Assembly (NCBI GenBank): GCA_026387175.1
Contig: JAPLME010000006.1
Span: forward strand, 44,078-108,077
Length of the DNA: 64,000 bases
From: Candidatus Omnitrophota bacterium
GTDB lineage: Bacteria > Omnitrophota > Gorgyraeia > 2-01-FULL-45-10
Direction: 5' to 3'
Numbering within the stretch: position 1 is the first letter of the stretch; each line of letters begins with the position of its first letter. Positions 9,540 to 22,309 of the stretch are shown here, one piece after another. A program made the position numbers and the translations under genes. Under the pieces are notes generated by a model. The model did no database searches. It had not been told where the DNA came from and saw only the letters and a program-made list of their open reading frames with translations.

Positions 9540-10675
9540 AATCTTCCGGTCTCCTCTCTCGCCCACGAGTCAGCATCCAAAACGTCTTTTACTGAAATGA
9601 CGTTTCTGACATTTCTATGCCTCGCCAGGACCTTTTCAATTATTTTTGGAATATCCGAGAATCCTATCTTTCCCTCTAAGTAATTCTTCACGGCTTCCTC
9701 GTCTGATGCGCACAGCACGGCCGGAGCCAGCGCGCCTGAGGCGGCAGAAGCCCTCGCAAGCGCCAGACAGGGAAACTTCTTTATATCGGGCCTGCGGAAT
9801 GTGAGCGCGCGGCATTTGAAAAAATCTATCCTATCCACTATCGCCTTCGAACGTTCAGGGAAAGTGAGGGCGTATTCTATCGGAAGCCTCATATCCGGCA
9901 CCCCGAGTTGCGCTATCACAGCCGCATCGGTGAACTCCACCATAGAATGCACTATCGCCTCAGGATGTATAAGCACCTCAATCAATTTTTCGCTTATATT
10001 GAACAAGTGCTTGGCCTCGATTATCTCGAGCCCTTTGTTCATCATCGTAGCGGAGTCCACTGTTATCTTCTTCCCCATCCTCCACCTGGGGTGCTTCAGA
10101 ATGTAATTAAGAGGAAGAGAATCGAACTTATCCCTTTTGACGTCCAGCAATGGCCCGCCTGAACCTGTAAGGTATATCCTGGAAACGTAATCGCTCTTGC
10201 CGTCGATGCATTGGAATATCGCGCTATGCTCGCTATCGATCGGTATTATTCTTACGCCCTTCTTCGCGGCCAGGGACATAACAAGCCCCCCGGCGCTAAC
10301 CAGAGCTTCTTTATTGGCGAGAGCGATCTCTTTTTGATTCTCTATCGCGTCGAGGAGCGGGACGAGGCATGCCGTGCCGCTTATGGCAAAGACGATAATA
10401 TCGACATCGCGCCTCGCAGCTATTTCCCGTAAACCCGGGAGCCCATAGACAATAGCGGTGGACGGAGGTAAAAGCCTATTTGCTTTGCGCGCCAGCGCCT
10501 CGCTTCCCACGGAAACTATTTTCGGCCGGAATACACGCGCCTGTTTGGCCAGGAGCTCTATGCTGGAATCTGCGCTAAGCGCCGTTACCTTAAACCTGCC
10601 GTTAAGGCGGGATATAACATCTAATGTATTAACACCGATGGAACCCGTGGAGCCTAATATCGCTATCTTCTTCAT
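9527..10675 (-). CDS. dxr: 1-deoxy-D-xylulose-5-phosphate reductoisomerase
   Basis: LGSTGSIG, LANKE, PIDSEHSAIFQ, HPRWRMGKKITVDSATMMNKGLE, PDMRLPI. Confidence 0.97.
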   Translation of the reverse strand: MKKIAILGSTGSIGVNTLDVISRLNGRFKVTALSADSSIELLAKQARVFRPKIVSVGSEALARKANRLLPPSTAIVYGLPGLREIAARRDVDIIVFAISGTACLVPLLDAIENQKEIALANKEALVSAGGLVMSLAAKKGVRIIPIDSEHSAIFQCIDGKSDYVSRIYLTGSGGPLLDVKRDKFDSLPLNYILKHPRWRMGKKITVDSATMMNKGLEIIEAKHLFNISEKLIEVLIHPEAIVHSMVEFTDAAVIAQLGVPDMRLPIEYALTFPERSKAIVDRIDFFKCRALTFRRPDIKKFPCLALARASAASGALAPAVLCASDEEAVKNYLEGKIGFSDIPKIIEKVLARHRNVRNVISVKDVLDADSWAREETGRLCYR

Positions 10676-11496
10676 CGTTTCATCATTACTTCCACATAGA
10701 AATAGAATATCGGCGCGGTGAAGAGAAGGCTATCGATAAGATCGAGTATGCCGCCGAACCCCGATAGGATCGCGCCGGAATCCTTAACACCGCAATCTCT
10801 CTTCAGAAGCGATTCAGCGAGATCCCCGACCTGCGCCAGTATACCTAAAAGCAATCCGAGAACCACGAGATGTCCCATAGGAAAACTCGGCAGATAGAGT
10901 TTACCGAAAACCGCGGTCAAGACGCTGAATAGAAGGCCGCCCATAGTGCCCTCCACCGTCTTATGCGGGCTTATCCTGGGTATCAGGTTATGTTTACCTG
11001 CGAAGTTTCCGACAAGATACGCTCCGACATCCCCCATCTTGGTCACAAGCACCACGAAAGATACCAGGAGTGCGCCCTGGGGCATGAATTTCAGTTTTAC
11101 GAAGAAAGAGAAGAACCACGCTATGTATAACAGGCCGAATAGTGTGACGGCTATACTGGCAAGCGACTGAGAGCTGTCGCGTCTTATGAATTGCAGGACA
11201 AAGATGAAGAGGCACGCTATGACTATAAAGAACGGCTCAAGCGTAAAGTACCCTTCATATCCTTTCTGAAAATATATTATGATCGGGATAAGCATTCCTA
11301 TGCTTATCCCGAAATATTTGTAAACTATTATATTCTTTTTTTCGGCAAGAACGAAGAACTCCTTTAAGCTCACACCTATCATCGCCGACGCCAGAAGCGT
11401 GAATATCCAGTTCGGAGAGAAGAATACCACCAAGACGACAGGAGTGGTCACAAGGATGCTGGTGATGATTCTTTTTGTAAGCGAACGATTATCCAC
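10672..11496 (-). CDS. cdsA: Phosphatidate cytidylyltransferase
   Basis: DVGAYLVG, ISPHKTVEG, GDLAESLLKRDCGVKDSG, GGILDLIDS; GTG start at 11496 with GAGGAGG Shine-Dalgarno. Confidence 0.95.
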   Translation of the reverse strand: MDNRSLTKRIITSILVTTPVVLVVFFSPNWIFTLLASAMIGVSLKEFFVLAEKKNIIVYKYFGISIGMLIPIIIYFQKGYEGYFTLEPFFIVIACLFIFVLQFIRRDSSQSLASIAVTLFGLLYIAWFFSFFVKLKFMPQGALLVSFVVLVTKMGDVGAYLVGNFAGKHNLIPRISPHKTVEGTMGGLLFSVLTAVFGKLYLPSFPMGHLVVLGLLLGILAQVGDLAESLLKRDCGVKDSGAILSGFGGILDLIDSLLFTAPIFYFYVEVMMKR

Positions 11497-12196
11497 CAAA
11501 CCTCCTCTCTCTCGCCTGATAGTCATGCACGCACTTTTCAAAATCTTCTTTTTTAAAATCCGGCCACAATTTTTCAACCACGCAGATCTCCGAGTAGGCT
11601 ATCTGCCATAAAAGAAAATTCGACACCCTGAACTCTCCCGAGGTCCTTATCAACAGATCCGGATCCGGCAGTCTCCTCGTATAAAGATAATCCGCGAAGA
11701 GCTTCTCATCTAGACCCCCGGGGTCTATCTTCCCTTCGCGAACGTCTTTCACAATATCGCGGACAGCGTCTATTATCTCCGGCCTTCCGCCGTAATTAAG
11801 CGCGAGATTGAGGATAAGGCCGGTATTATTTTTAGTCTTCTCTATCTCGGCTTCTAATTTAATTCTCAAAGAATCCGGAAGCTCGCGCAGCCTGCCTATG
11901 ACCTGGAATCTGATATTATTCTTAAGTAATTTATCGCCTTCGCTCGCCAGGTAATGTTCCAGGAGCTTAAAGAGCGCGGAGACCTCTGTCTTCGGCCTCT
12001 TCCAGTTTTCGGTGGAAAAAGTGTAAAGGGTCAGTACTTTCACGCCGAGATCGCTGGCGGCCTGCATAGTCTCCCTGGCCGCTTTGATGCCCGCGCGGTG
12101 CCCCTCTATCCTGGAGAGTCCTCTACGAGCCGCCCACCGGCCGTTGCCGTCCATTATTACCGCAATGTGCTGAGGTATATTCTTTGAGGTGTTCAT
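11489..12196 (-). CDS. uppS: Undecaprenyl diphosphate synthase (cis-prenyltransferase)
   Basis: HIAVIMDGNGRWA, FSTENWKRP, NYGGR, IRTSGEFRVSNFLLWQ, RRFGG. Confidence 0.97.
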   Translation of the reverse strand: MNTSKNIPQHIAVIMDGNGRWAARRGLSRIEGHRAGIKAARETMQAASDLGVKVLTLYTFSTENWKRPKTEVSALFKLLEHYLASEGDKLLKNNIRFQVIGRLRELPDSLRIKLEAEIEKTKNNTGLILNLALNYGGRPEIIDAVRDIVKDVREGKIDPGGLDEKLFADYLYTRRLPDPDLLIRTSGEFRVSNFLLWQIAYSEICVVEKLWPDFKKEDFEKCVHDYQARERRFGG

Positions 12197-14308
12197 CTAT
12201 TTGATGAGGGTGAAGCTCATGATAAACGAAGCAAATACGATGGAGACCATCGACATGAGTTTTATCAATATATTGAGACTGGGGCCTGACGTATCCTTGA
12301 ATGGGTCCCCGACCGTATCGCCGACAACTCCCGCTTTATGCGCCGCCGAGCCCTTACCGCCAAAATTACCCTCTTCTATGTATTTCTTCGCGTTATCCCA
12401 CGATCCGCCTGAGTTCGCCATCATTATGGCAAGAACGAAACCCGAGACTGTAGCGCCGACCAGCATTCCGGTGACGCTGTCAACGCCTGCAAGGATTCCA
12501 ACCGCTATGGGCGAGGCTATTGCCAACATGGACGGCAGGATCATCTCCTTTTGCGCGGCCGCGGTAACGATATTAACGCATCTCGCGTAATCGGGCTTTG
12601 CCTTGCCTTCCATAATACCCACAATCTCTTTAAACTGTCTCCTCACCTCGACCACGATGGCGCCTGCCGCCCTTCCGACCGCGCTCATCGTAAGAGAGCA
12701 GAATACAAACGGAAGCATGCCGCCTACTAATAGGCCCACCAGCGTCTTAGGATTCATCATCGAGAGGTCGATCTTCCCGCCCATTATCTCTATCTGATCG
12801 CGATATGCCGCGATAAGCGCCAGGGCCGTGAGCGCCGCCGAGCCTATCGCAAAGCCTTTACCGGTGGCAGCCGTCGTATTGCCGAGAGAGTCGAGGGCGT
12901 CCGTCCTCTGCCTTATCTCTTTCGGCTGATGCGTCATCTCCGCGTTTCCGCCCGCGTTATCGGCCACCGGTCCATAAGCATCTGTAGCAAGAGTGATGCC
13001 AAGGGTCGATAACATTCCTACCGCCGAGATGGCGACGCCGTATAGGCCTAAATTCGCGTTAGCTGCTCCGCCCGACATGTAGTAACTCGCCATGATCGCG
13101 ATCGCTACCACTATCACAGGCACTACGGTAGACAGCATCCCTACCGACATTCCGCTTATTATGACCGTCGCCGGGCCTGTAACAGATGAAGCGGCCACCG
13201 CCCGCGTGGGTTTGTACTTACTGGACGTAAAATATTCCGTTGAAAGGCCTATCAGGACTCCTGCCACAAGGCCCGACAGGACCGCCCAATAGACGCCTAT
13301 ATACTGCATTCCGAGATTATATTTAACTACAAAAAATGAAATGATCGCTACTATGATGGAACTGGAGAATACGCCGCGCCTCAGCGCCGTCAACAAAGCT
13401 CCCTGATCGGCCTTCTCCTCTGTCTTCACAAAGAAAGTCCCGGCGATCGACGCCATCACTCCTACGGCGGCCATCACCATAGGTATGGTTACAGACTGCA
13501 GACTTAAGCCCAATCTTCCGAACGCCGCAACGCCTAATGCAGAGGTAGCGACTATCGACCCGACGTATGACTCGTAGAGGTCCGCACCCATTCCGGCAAC
13601 ATCACCGACGTTATCGCCGACGTTATCGGCTATAACCGCGGGATTTCTCGGGTCGTCTTCCGGAATGCCCGCTTCCACTTTTCCTACCAGGTCCGCGCCT
13701 ACGTCGGCGGCTTTGGTGAATATTCCTCCGCCCACCCTGGCGAATAAAGCCTGGGAGCTGGCGCCCATTCCGAAACAGAGCATAGTCGACGTTATCGCGC
13801 CAAGTTTATCCATACCATGCGGTGTCACATGGGACGAATACCACCAGTCCAGGAGATAATACCATATAGACAGGTCCAGAAGCCCCAGGCCGACCACGAC
13901 CAGTCCCATGACCGCGCCCGATGAGAAAGCGATGCCAAGCGCGGTATTCAGGCTCGTTTTTGCGGCATTGGCGGTCCTGGCGCTCGACCTGGTCGAGATA
14001 GACATTCCGATAAAACCCGACAGGCCCGAGAAGAATCCGCCGGTTAAAAACGCGAACGGGACGAATATAGGAAGCTTGCCGCTTAACGCAAGCGCAATAA
14101 GCACGAGGAACATGACGCCGAAGAATATCGCGACTCCTGAATATTGCCTTTTTAAGTATGCGTAGGCTCCTTCCCTGACAGCATCCGCTATAGCTATCAT
14201 ATCGCCGGTCCCCTCGCTCGTCTTCAATATCTTCATCGCGAGATACCCCGCAAAGGCAAGGGCCAGGATAGATCCGATAGGGGCAAGAACTAAAAGATCT
14301 AAATGCAC
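12197..14308 (-). CDS. hppA: Membrane-bound cation-translocating pyrophosphatase, K+-dependent (probable Na+,H+-PPase subfamily)
   Basis: DVGADLVGKVE, DNVGDNVGD, GNTTAA (Ala, K+-dependent type), GDTVGDPFKD; many transmembrane segments. Confidence 0.95.
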   Translation of the reverse strand: MHLDLLVLAPIGSILALAFAGYLAMKILKTSEGTGDMIAIADAVREGAYAYLKRQYSGVAIFFGVMFLVLIALALSGKLPIFVPFAFLTGGFFSGLSGFIGMSISTRSSARTANAAKTSLNTALGIAFSSGAVMGLVVVGLGLLDLSIWYYLLDWWYSSHVTPHGMDKLGAITSTMLCFGMGASSQALFARVGGGIFTKAADVGADLVGKVEAGIPEDDPRNPAVIADNVGDNVGDVAGMGADLYESYVGSIVATSALGVAAFGRLGLSLQSVTIPMVMAAVGVMASIAGTFFVKTEEKADQGALLTALRRGVFSSSIIVAIISFFVVKYNLGMQYIGVYWAVLSGLVAGVLIGLSTEYFTSSKYKPTRAVAASSVTGPATVIISGMSVGMLSTVVPVIVVAIAIMASYYMSGGAANANLGLYGVAISAVGMLSTLGITLATDAYGPVADNAGGNAEMTHQPKEIRQRTDALDSLGNTTAATGKGFAIGSAALTALALIAAYRDQIEIMGGKIDLSMMNPKTLVGLLVGGMLPFVFCSLTMSAVGRAAGAIVVEVRRQFKEIVGIMEGKAKPDYARCVNIVTAAAQKEMILPSMLAIASPIAVGILAGVDSVTGMLVGATVSGFVLAIMMANSGGSWDNAKKYIEEGNFGGKGSAAHKAGVVGDTVGDPFKDTSGPSLNILIKLMSMVSIVFASFIMSFTLIK

Positions 14309-14309
14309 C

Positions 14310-16833
<2,524 letters not shown>

Positions 16834-16854
16834 AATTCGCTCTCTTTCGGTTCG

Positions 16855-18444
16855 CTATACTTTGATCAATTTTACGCCATAGATGTTCGGCGCGCTTCTT
16901 ATCTCATCCAGAACACTCTTCGGCACATCACTATCGATATTCAGAATGCTGACGGCCTTACCGCCCTTCGCCTCACGGCCGAACGACATTCCGGCAATAT
17001 TAACACCATTCTTGCCGAGTATCGAACCTATCTGCCCTATAATGCCCGGGACGTCTTTATTGCTTGTCACAAGCATATATCCTTCCGGGACTGCGTCGAC
17101 ATACGATTCGTCGATCTTGACTATGCGCGGATGAACCTTGGTAAAGAGCGTGCCGATAATAGAGCTCTTCATCTTATCGGTTTCAACCTCGATTATAATG
17201 AGGCTGGCAAAGTCCTGCACTTCCGCGGCCCTGGTCTCCACAATATTTATACCGCGCTCTTTGGCTATAACCATCGAGTTTACGAAGTTAACCGTCTCCT
17301 GAAGTATCGGCGTAAGCATTCCCTTCATGATCGACAACGTAAATGGCGAAAGATCATACTTCAGGATATCCCCGACGTACTTTATCTTGACTTTCTTCAT
17401 GTGCCCATCGACGAGCTGGGCCTGCATAGCGCCCATCTTCTCGGCCAATTTAAGATAAGGATCTATGACCTTACACATCTCCGGTTCTACGCATGGTACA
17501 TTGACCGCATTACGGATACAGCCGCTCATAAGATAGTCGCGAACCGTATTGGCCACCTCTATAGCGACGTTGGTCTGCGCCTCTTCCGTAGATGCTCCGA
17601 GATGCGGCGTCAATACGACCTGAGGGAGTTTCAAAAGTTTATTATCCTTCTGCGGAGGCTCATTTTCATACACATCGAGCGCGGCCCCGGCGACTTTACC
17701 GGCCTCTATCGCCTTGACAAGCGCGGCTTCATCTATAATACCGCCTCTGGCGCAATTTATAACGCGCACGCCCTTCTTCATAAGCTCAAACTGCTTATCC
17801 GATATAAGATGATTAGTCTGATCCGTAAGCGGTGTATGCACGGTGATATAATCGGAATTTTTGAATAGGGCATCAAGGTCCGCCGGCTCTATGCCCAGCA
17901 CCTTGGCTCGTTCCATCGAGAGATACGGATCATATGCGAGGACCTTCATGCCGAAACTTAAGGCGCGTTTAGCCACCTCGGTGCCTATGCGGCCCAACCC
18001 CACTATGCCGAGGGTCTTGCCATAAACCTCATGGCCCGTGAATTTTTTGCGTTCCCATTCGCCGTTCTTCATCGAAAGATCGGCCTGCGGAATGTTCCTC
18101 GATAACGCGAGCATCATAGTGAACGCGTGCTCGGCCGTAGATATCGTATTCCCCGCGGGAGTATTCACCACTATGATGCCCTTCTTTGACGCGGCTTCGA
18201 CATCGACATTGTCCAGCCCCACGCCAGCCCTTCCTATTATCTTCAGCTTATCAGCGGCCTCTATGATCTCCTTCGTAACTTTTGTGCCGCTGCGCACCGC
18301 CAGCGCATCATAATTCTTTATGATATCTTTAAGCTGAGCGGGCGTAAGCTTCGTATTGACATCGACCGTCAACTCCTTCTCCTTCTGAAGGATCTCTACG
18401 GCCTCCTTCGAGAGCGAATCGCTTATCAGGACTTTGTATGGCAT
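16855..18444 (-). CDS. serA: D-3-phosphoglycerate dehydrogenase (ASB + ACT domains)
   Basis: GRAGVGLDNVD, GLGRIG, NCARGG, TPHLGASTEEAQ, C-terminal DVPGIIGQIG...NIAGM ACT domain. Confidence 0.95.
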   Translation of the reverse strand: MPYKVLISDSLSKEAVEILQKEKELTVDVNTKLTPAQLKDIIKNYDALAVRSGTKVTKEIIEAADKLKIIGRAGVGLDNVDVEAASKKGIIVVNTPAGNTISTAEHAFTMMLALSRNIPQADLSMKNGEWERKKFTGHEVYGKTLGIVGLGRIGTEVAKRALSFGMKVLAYDPYLSMERAKVLGIEPADLDALFKNSDYITVHTPLTDQTNHLISDKQFELMKKGVRVINCARGGIIDEAALVKAIEAGKVAGAALDVYENEPPQKDNKLLKLPQVVLTPHLGASTEEAQTNVAIEVANTVRDYLMSGCIRNAVNVPCVEPEMCKVIDPYLKLAEKMGAMQAQLVDGHMKKVKIKYVGDILKYDLSPFTLSIMKGMLTPILQETVNFVNSMVIAKERGINIVETRAAEVQDFASLIIIEVETDKMKSSIIGTLFTKVHPRIVKIDESYVDAVPEGYMLVTSNKDVPGIIGQIGSILGKNGVNIAGMSFGREAKGGKAVSILNIDSDVPKSVLDEIRSAPNIYGVKLIKV

Positions 18445-18462
18445 CTTTGGTCTCCCGTATCT

Positions 18463-19596
18463 CTATTTCCCCAGTATTCCGGCGGCCGCTTCAATACCGC
18501 TGCCGGCCTTAAAATTATAGCCCATCTTGTGAAGAGCCGATTCAAGAGCCTTTATCGACTCTATAGTATGCTCCTTATCTATGCCTCCCATATGCGCGAC
18601 CCTGAATAATTTGCCTTTAAGCTGTTCCTGGCCGCCAGCAAATGTCACGCCGTATTCCGTCTTAAGAAGTTTTATAAGCTCATCCGCATTCATGCCGGCG
18701 GGAGTATTCACCGCCGTAACTGCGTTAGACGGAGATTTCGAGAATAAGCTAAGGCCCATCGCCTTCGCAGCGTCCCTGAACGCGTTGGCCTGGGCGGTAT
18801 GCTCGGCTATCACATTATCGACGCCTTTACTATTAATAATCTCGAGCGCCTTACGCAAACCTATAACCAGAGTTATCGCGGAAGTGAACGGCGTGTCGGT
18901 ATCCGCCATCGCTTTCTTGTACTTTTTGAAACTGAAATAGAACTTCGGCAGCTTGGAGCTTTCCACGGCCTTCAATGCCTTCTGGCTCACCGAGCAGAAC
19001 GCGAGTCCCGGGGGTATCATCAGCCCCTTCTGGGAACCGCAGACAGCGATATCCACTCCCCAGGCGTCATTCTCGAATTTGTCAGCCCCGAGGCCGCTTA
19101 TCACATCGACCACATATAAAGCATCTGTCTTTTTTACGATCTCGCCTATGGCTTTAATATCAAAAACGGTCGCGGTCGACGTCTCGCAGAGAGTGGTGTA
19201 AACGCCTTTCACGCCGGGGTTGGCGCTGAGAAGGTCTTTAATGTCCTCCGGACGGGGGCCGGTACCCCACGGCACATCCAACGGAATGACCTCAACGCCG
19301 CACGCCTTAGCGATATCTCCGAAGCGCTCTCCGAATTTACCGCCGCGAACCACTATGATCTTATCGCCGGGAGACAGGACGTTCACTATGGACGCTTCCA
19401 TCGCGCCTGTGCCGCTCGAGGTAAAAGTATATATATCGTTGGACGTCTTGAATATCTTCTTCAGCCCGTCCGTAGCATCCTTAAATATCGCCTGATATTC
19501 TTTAGTTCTATGATGAATGATGGGTTTCGCCATCTCGTTTCTTATCTCTTCGGGAACCGGCGTCGGGCCGGGCGTCATTAAATATTTTTTAGCCAT
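18463..19596 (-). CDS. Class V PLP aminotransferase (probable phosphoserine aminotransferase function)
   Basis: MTPGPTPVP, SSGTGAMEA, ETST, VDVISG, GSQKGLMIPPG, FRVAHMG; adjacent to serA. Confidence 0.85.
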   Translation of the reverse strand: MAKKYLMTPGPTPVPEEIRNEMAKPIIHHRTKEYQAIFKDATDGLKKIFKTSNDIYTFTSSGTGAMEASIVNVLSPGDKIIVVRGGKFGERFGDIAKACGVEVIPLDVPWGTGPRPEDIKDLLSANPGVKGVYTTLCETSTATVFDIKAIGEIVKKTDALYVVDVISGLGADKFENDAWGVDIAVCGSQKGLMIPPGLAFCSVSQKALKAVESSKLPKFYFSFKKYKKAMADTDTPFTSAITLVIGLRKALEIINSKGVDNVIAEHTAQANAFRDAAKAMGLSLFSKSPSNAVTAVNTPAGMNADELIKLLKTEYGVTFAGGQEQLKGKLFRVAHMGGIDKEHTIESIKALESALHKMGYNFKAGSGIEAAAGILGK

Positions 19597-19622
19597 TGCA
19601 TGTCTTCCTTTCCGATGGAATA

Positions 19623-20219
19623 TTATTTGTTCTGAATCACGTTCGTAATAACTTCGTCCACTATGCCGTATGCCTTAGCCTCCTCGGCAGACATGAAGAA
19701 ATCCCTGTCCGTATCCTTCTGTATCTTTTCCAAAGGCTGCTTCGTATGTTTCGCTATTATCTCTTCAAGCTTCGCGCGCAGCTTCAAGATCTCGGTCGCC
19801 TGTATGCTGATATCGGCCGCAACGCCCTGAACTCCGCCCCAAGGCTGATGTATCATTATGCGCGCGTGCGGAAGCGCGTAACGCTTCCCCGGCCTTCCCG
19901 CCGCCAGGAGCACCGCCCCCATACTTGAGGCCTGGCCCACGCAATAGGTGTTGACATCCGATTTCACGAACTGCATTGTGTCATATATCGCAAGGCCGCT
20001 CGTCACTGACCCCCCGGGAGTGTTTATATATACATTGATATCTTTTTCCGGAGATTCCATCTGCAAGAATAATAGCTGCGCTATTATAAGGTTGGCCACC
20101 ATATCATCTATCGGGGTACCTATGAAGATTATCCTGTCCTTTAACAGCCTCGAGTATATATCATACGCCCTCTCGGCTCTGCCGGTAGTCTCTATTACCA
20201 TTGGAACTAGCATACTCAT
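19623..20219 (-). CDS. clpP: ATP-dependent Clp protease proteolytic subunit
   Basis: [36 protein letters not shown]. Confidence 0.98.
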   Translation of the reverse strand: MSMLVPMVIETTGRAERAYDIYSRLLKDRIIFIGTPIDDMVANLIIAQLLFLQMESPEKDINVYINTPGGSVTSGLAIYDTMQFVKSDVNTYCVGQASSMGAVLLAAGRPGKRYALPHARIMIHQPWGGVQGVAADISIQATEILKLRAKLEEIIAKHTKQPLEKIQKDTDRDFFMSAEEAKAYGIVDEVITNVIQNK

Positions 20220-20246
20220 AATGACCTCCGTGGTTTATCTATACTG

Positions 20247-21527
20247 CTATTTTTCCGTTATATTGGAATTATCCAAAAGGAACTTTACTGTCTTGCCTTC
20301 CCGTATCTTATCCTTCAGATTATCGACCAGGCCTTCTTTTTCGTAATAATCCCTGACGAAGCCTTCGGCCTTGCCGCTCTGGGAGGCTATCGACTTATAG
20401 GCGCCGCTGACATCCTCGTCGGTAACCTCTATCTTCTCTTTACCGGCTATCTCGTCCAGGATGAAGAGCAGCCTTATCTGGCGCTCAGCGTCATCTTTAA
20501 ATTTATCCTTAAATTCCTTGTCCTTCTTACCCAGCTCTTCCTTCCCAAAACCCCTCTCCTGCAGTTTCCTCTTGGCGTCCTCTACCATATGTTCCAGCTG
20601 CCTGGCAACGAAACTCGGCGGAACGCTGAAGACGTTATCATCCACGATCTTACCCAGGAGCTGGTTCTCTACATTTACCTCGGAGGCGGCTTTCGCTCTC
20701 GCCTCAAGTTCCAGCCCGATATCTTTCTTAAGCTCTTCCAGTGAGGCCTTGCCCAGATCTTTCGCGAACTCATCATCGAGATCGGGAAGCTTTCTCTCTT
20801 TTATCTCTTTTGCGAGCACATGATACCTGGCTTCCTTCCCCGCAAGCTTGGCATCCGGATACTTTTCGGGAAGCTTGGCGTCTATATCCGCTTCCTGACC
20901 CTTCTTCAGCCCGACCAGCTTCTCGGAGAGGCCGGGTATATATGAGTCCTTTTCAACGGTCAGCCAGAGATTTTCCCTTTTTTTATGGACAGCCTTTCCG
21001 TCCACAAAACAGTCCAGGTCGCTCACCACGTAATCGCCCATCTGTATGGGCCTATCGTCGGCCGCTATATATTTGGCATTCATCTCCTGAAGGCTCTTCA
21101 ATGTATTATTGATATCCTCTTCGGTGACTGCCGCCTTCTTTCTTTCCAGGTTTAACCCTTTATATGCCTTCAATTTAAACTTCGGCCGCGTCTCGATTCT
21201 CGCCTTGAAAGCGAGCGGCTTGTCTTCCTCGAAAACCAGATCACTGATCTCCGGTGTGCCAATCGGAGTGATACCATGCTCCAGCAGAGCTCTTTTATAT
21301 CCTTCGGGGACCAGGCGTTTCAGCACCTCTTCCTTGGCGGCTTTCGCGTAGCTCAGCTTAACCATGTCCTTCGGAGCCTTGCCTACCCTGAAACCGGGGA
21401 TGTTAGCTACCTTGGTTATCTCGTTATAAACCTCATCGAATGCCTTTTCTATGGTCTCCCTGGAGGCCTCTATCTCAAGCAATGTTAAGCATTCATCGAT
21501 CTGCTTCGCCTTGGATTTCACTCTCAA
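20247..21527 (-). CDS. tig: Trigger factor
   Basis: IPGFRVGKAP ribosome-binding motif, FKBP-like middle domain, LPDLDDEFAK; upstream of clpP. Confidence 0.93.
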   Translation of the reverse strand: MRVKSKAKQIDECLTLLEIEASRETIEKAFDEVYNEITKVANIPGFRVGKAPKDMVKLSYAKAAKEEVLKRLVPEGYKRALLEHGITPIGTPEISDLVFEEDKPLAFKARIETRPKFKLKAYKGLNLERKKAAVTEEDINNTLKSLQEMNAKYIAADDRPIQMGDYVVSDLDCFVDGKAVHKKRENLWLTVEKDSYIPGLSEKLVGLKKGQEADIDAKLPEKYPDAKLAGKEARYHVLAKEIKERKLPDLDDEFAKDLGKASLEELKKDIGLELEARAKAASEVNVENQLLGKIVDDNVFSVPPSFVARQLEHMVEDAKRKLQERGFGKEELGKKDKEFKDKFKDDAERQIRLLFILDEIAGKEKIEVTDEDVSGAYKSIASQSGKAEGFVRDYYEKEGLVDNLKDKIREGKTVKFLLDNSNITEK

Positions 21528-21569
21528 TTCCTTTCGCTTACTACAATAACAATGGACAATAAAAAAAAG

Positions 21570-21578
21570 ATTATATCA
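21570..21578 (-). promoter_or_regulatory. Extended -10 promoter element upstream of tig
   Basis: TGA-TATAAT on the minus strand; AAAGGA Shine-Dalgarno near the start. Confidence 0.5.
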
Positions 21579-21586
21579 CAAAAGAA

Positions 21587-22309
21587 TCACATTGTAAATT
21601 TTTCGCCGAGATAAATTTCTCTGGCCTTCGGATCCGATATAAGCTCATCCTTCGTGCCCGATATTAAAATATGGCCCTCGGCCATCAGATAGGCGCGATC
21701 GGTTATCGACAGCGTCTCTCTCACATTATGGTCCGTAACGAGTATCCCCAGCCCTTTACTCTTCAACTCCTTAATGATCTCCTGGCACTCCGCCACGGCT
21801 ATAGGGTCTATGCCGCTGAAAGGCTCGTCGAGCAATATGAACATCGGATTGGTGACAAGAGCCCGCGTTATCTCCACCCTGCGCTTCTCTCCGCCCGAAA
21901 GCGTATATGCTTTATGTTTACTGAGATGCGTTATCTTAAGCTCGTTCAATAGTTCATCGGCGCGCCGCTTCCTCTCTCTGGGAGAAAAACCGAGAGTCTC
22001 GAGGATAGCCATGATATTTTCCTGGACGGTCAGTTTTCTGAATATGGACGGCTCCTGGGCGAGATATCCGATGCCCCGGCGGGCGCGATCATGCAATGAC
22101 ATCCTGGTTATGTCCTTATGGTCGAATATTATCTTGCCGCTATCGGGGGGTATTATGCCCGTTATCATGTAGAAGGTAGTCGTCTTGCCCGCGCCATTGG
22201 GGCCCAGAAGGCCCACGATCTCGCCGCGCTTCACGTTGATATCAACGGAATTCACGACGCGCTTGGCGCCGTATTCCTTGACCAGGCCTGTGGCTTCTAA
22301 TAGATGCAT
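21587..22309 (-). CDS. lptB: LPS export ABC transporter ATPase
   Basis: GPNGAGKTTTF, YLAQEPSIFRKL, LSGGEKRRVEI, LDEPFSGIDP, TDHNVRETL, YLGEKF. Confidence 0.95.
   Translation of the reverse strand: MHLLEATGLVKEYGAKRVVNSVDINVKRGEIVGLLGPNGAGKTTTFYMITGIIPPDSGKIIFDHKDITRMSLHDRARRGIGYLAQEPSIFRKLTVQENIMAILETLGFSPRERKRRADELLNELKITHLSKHKAYTLSGGEKRRVEITRALVTNPMFILLDEPFSGIDPIAVAECQEIIKELKSKGLGILVTDHNVRETLSITDRAYLMAEGHILISGTKDELISDPKAREIYLGEKFTM

Noticed and set aside
21528-21586. tRNA-Leu often found upstream of tig
   Set aside because: The gap is only 59 nt, AT-rich and has no cloverleaf.
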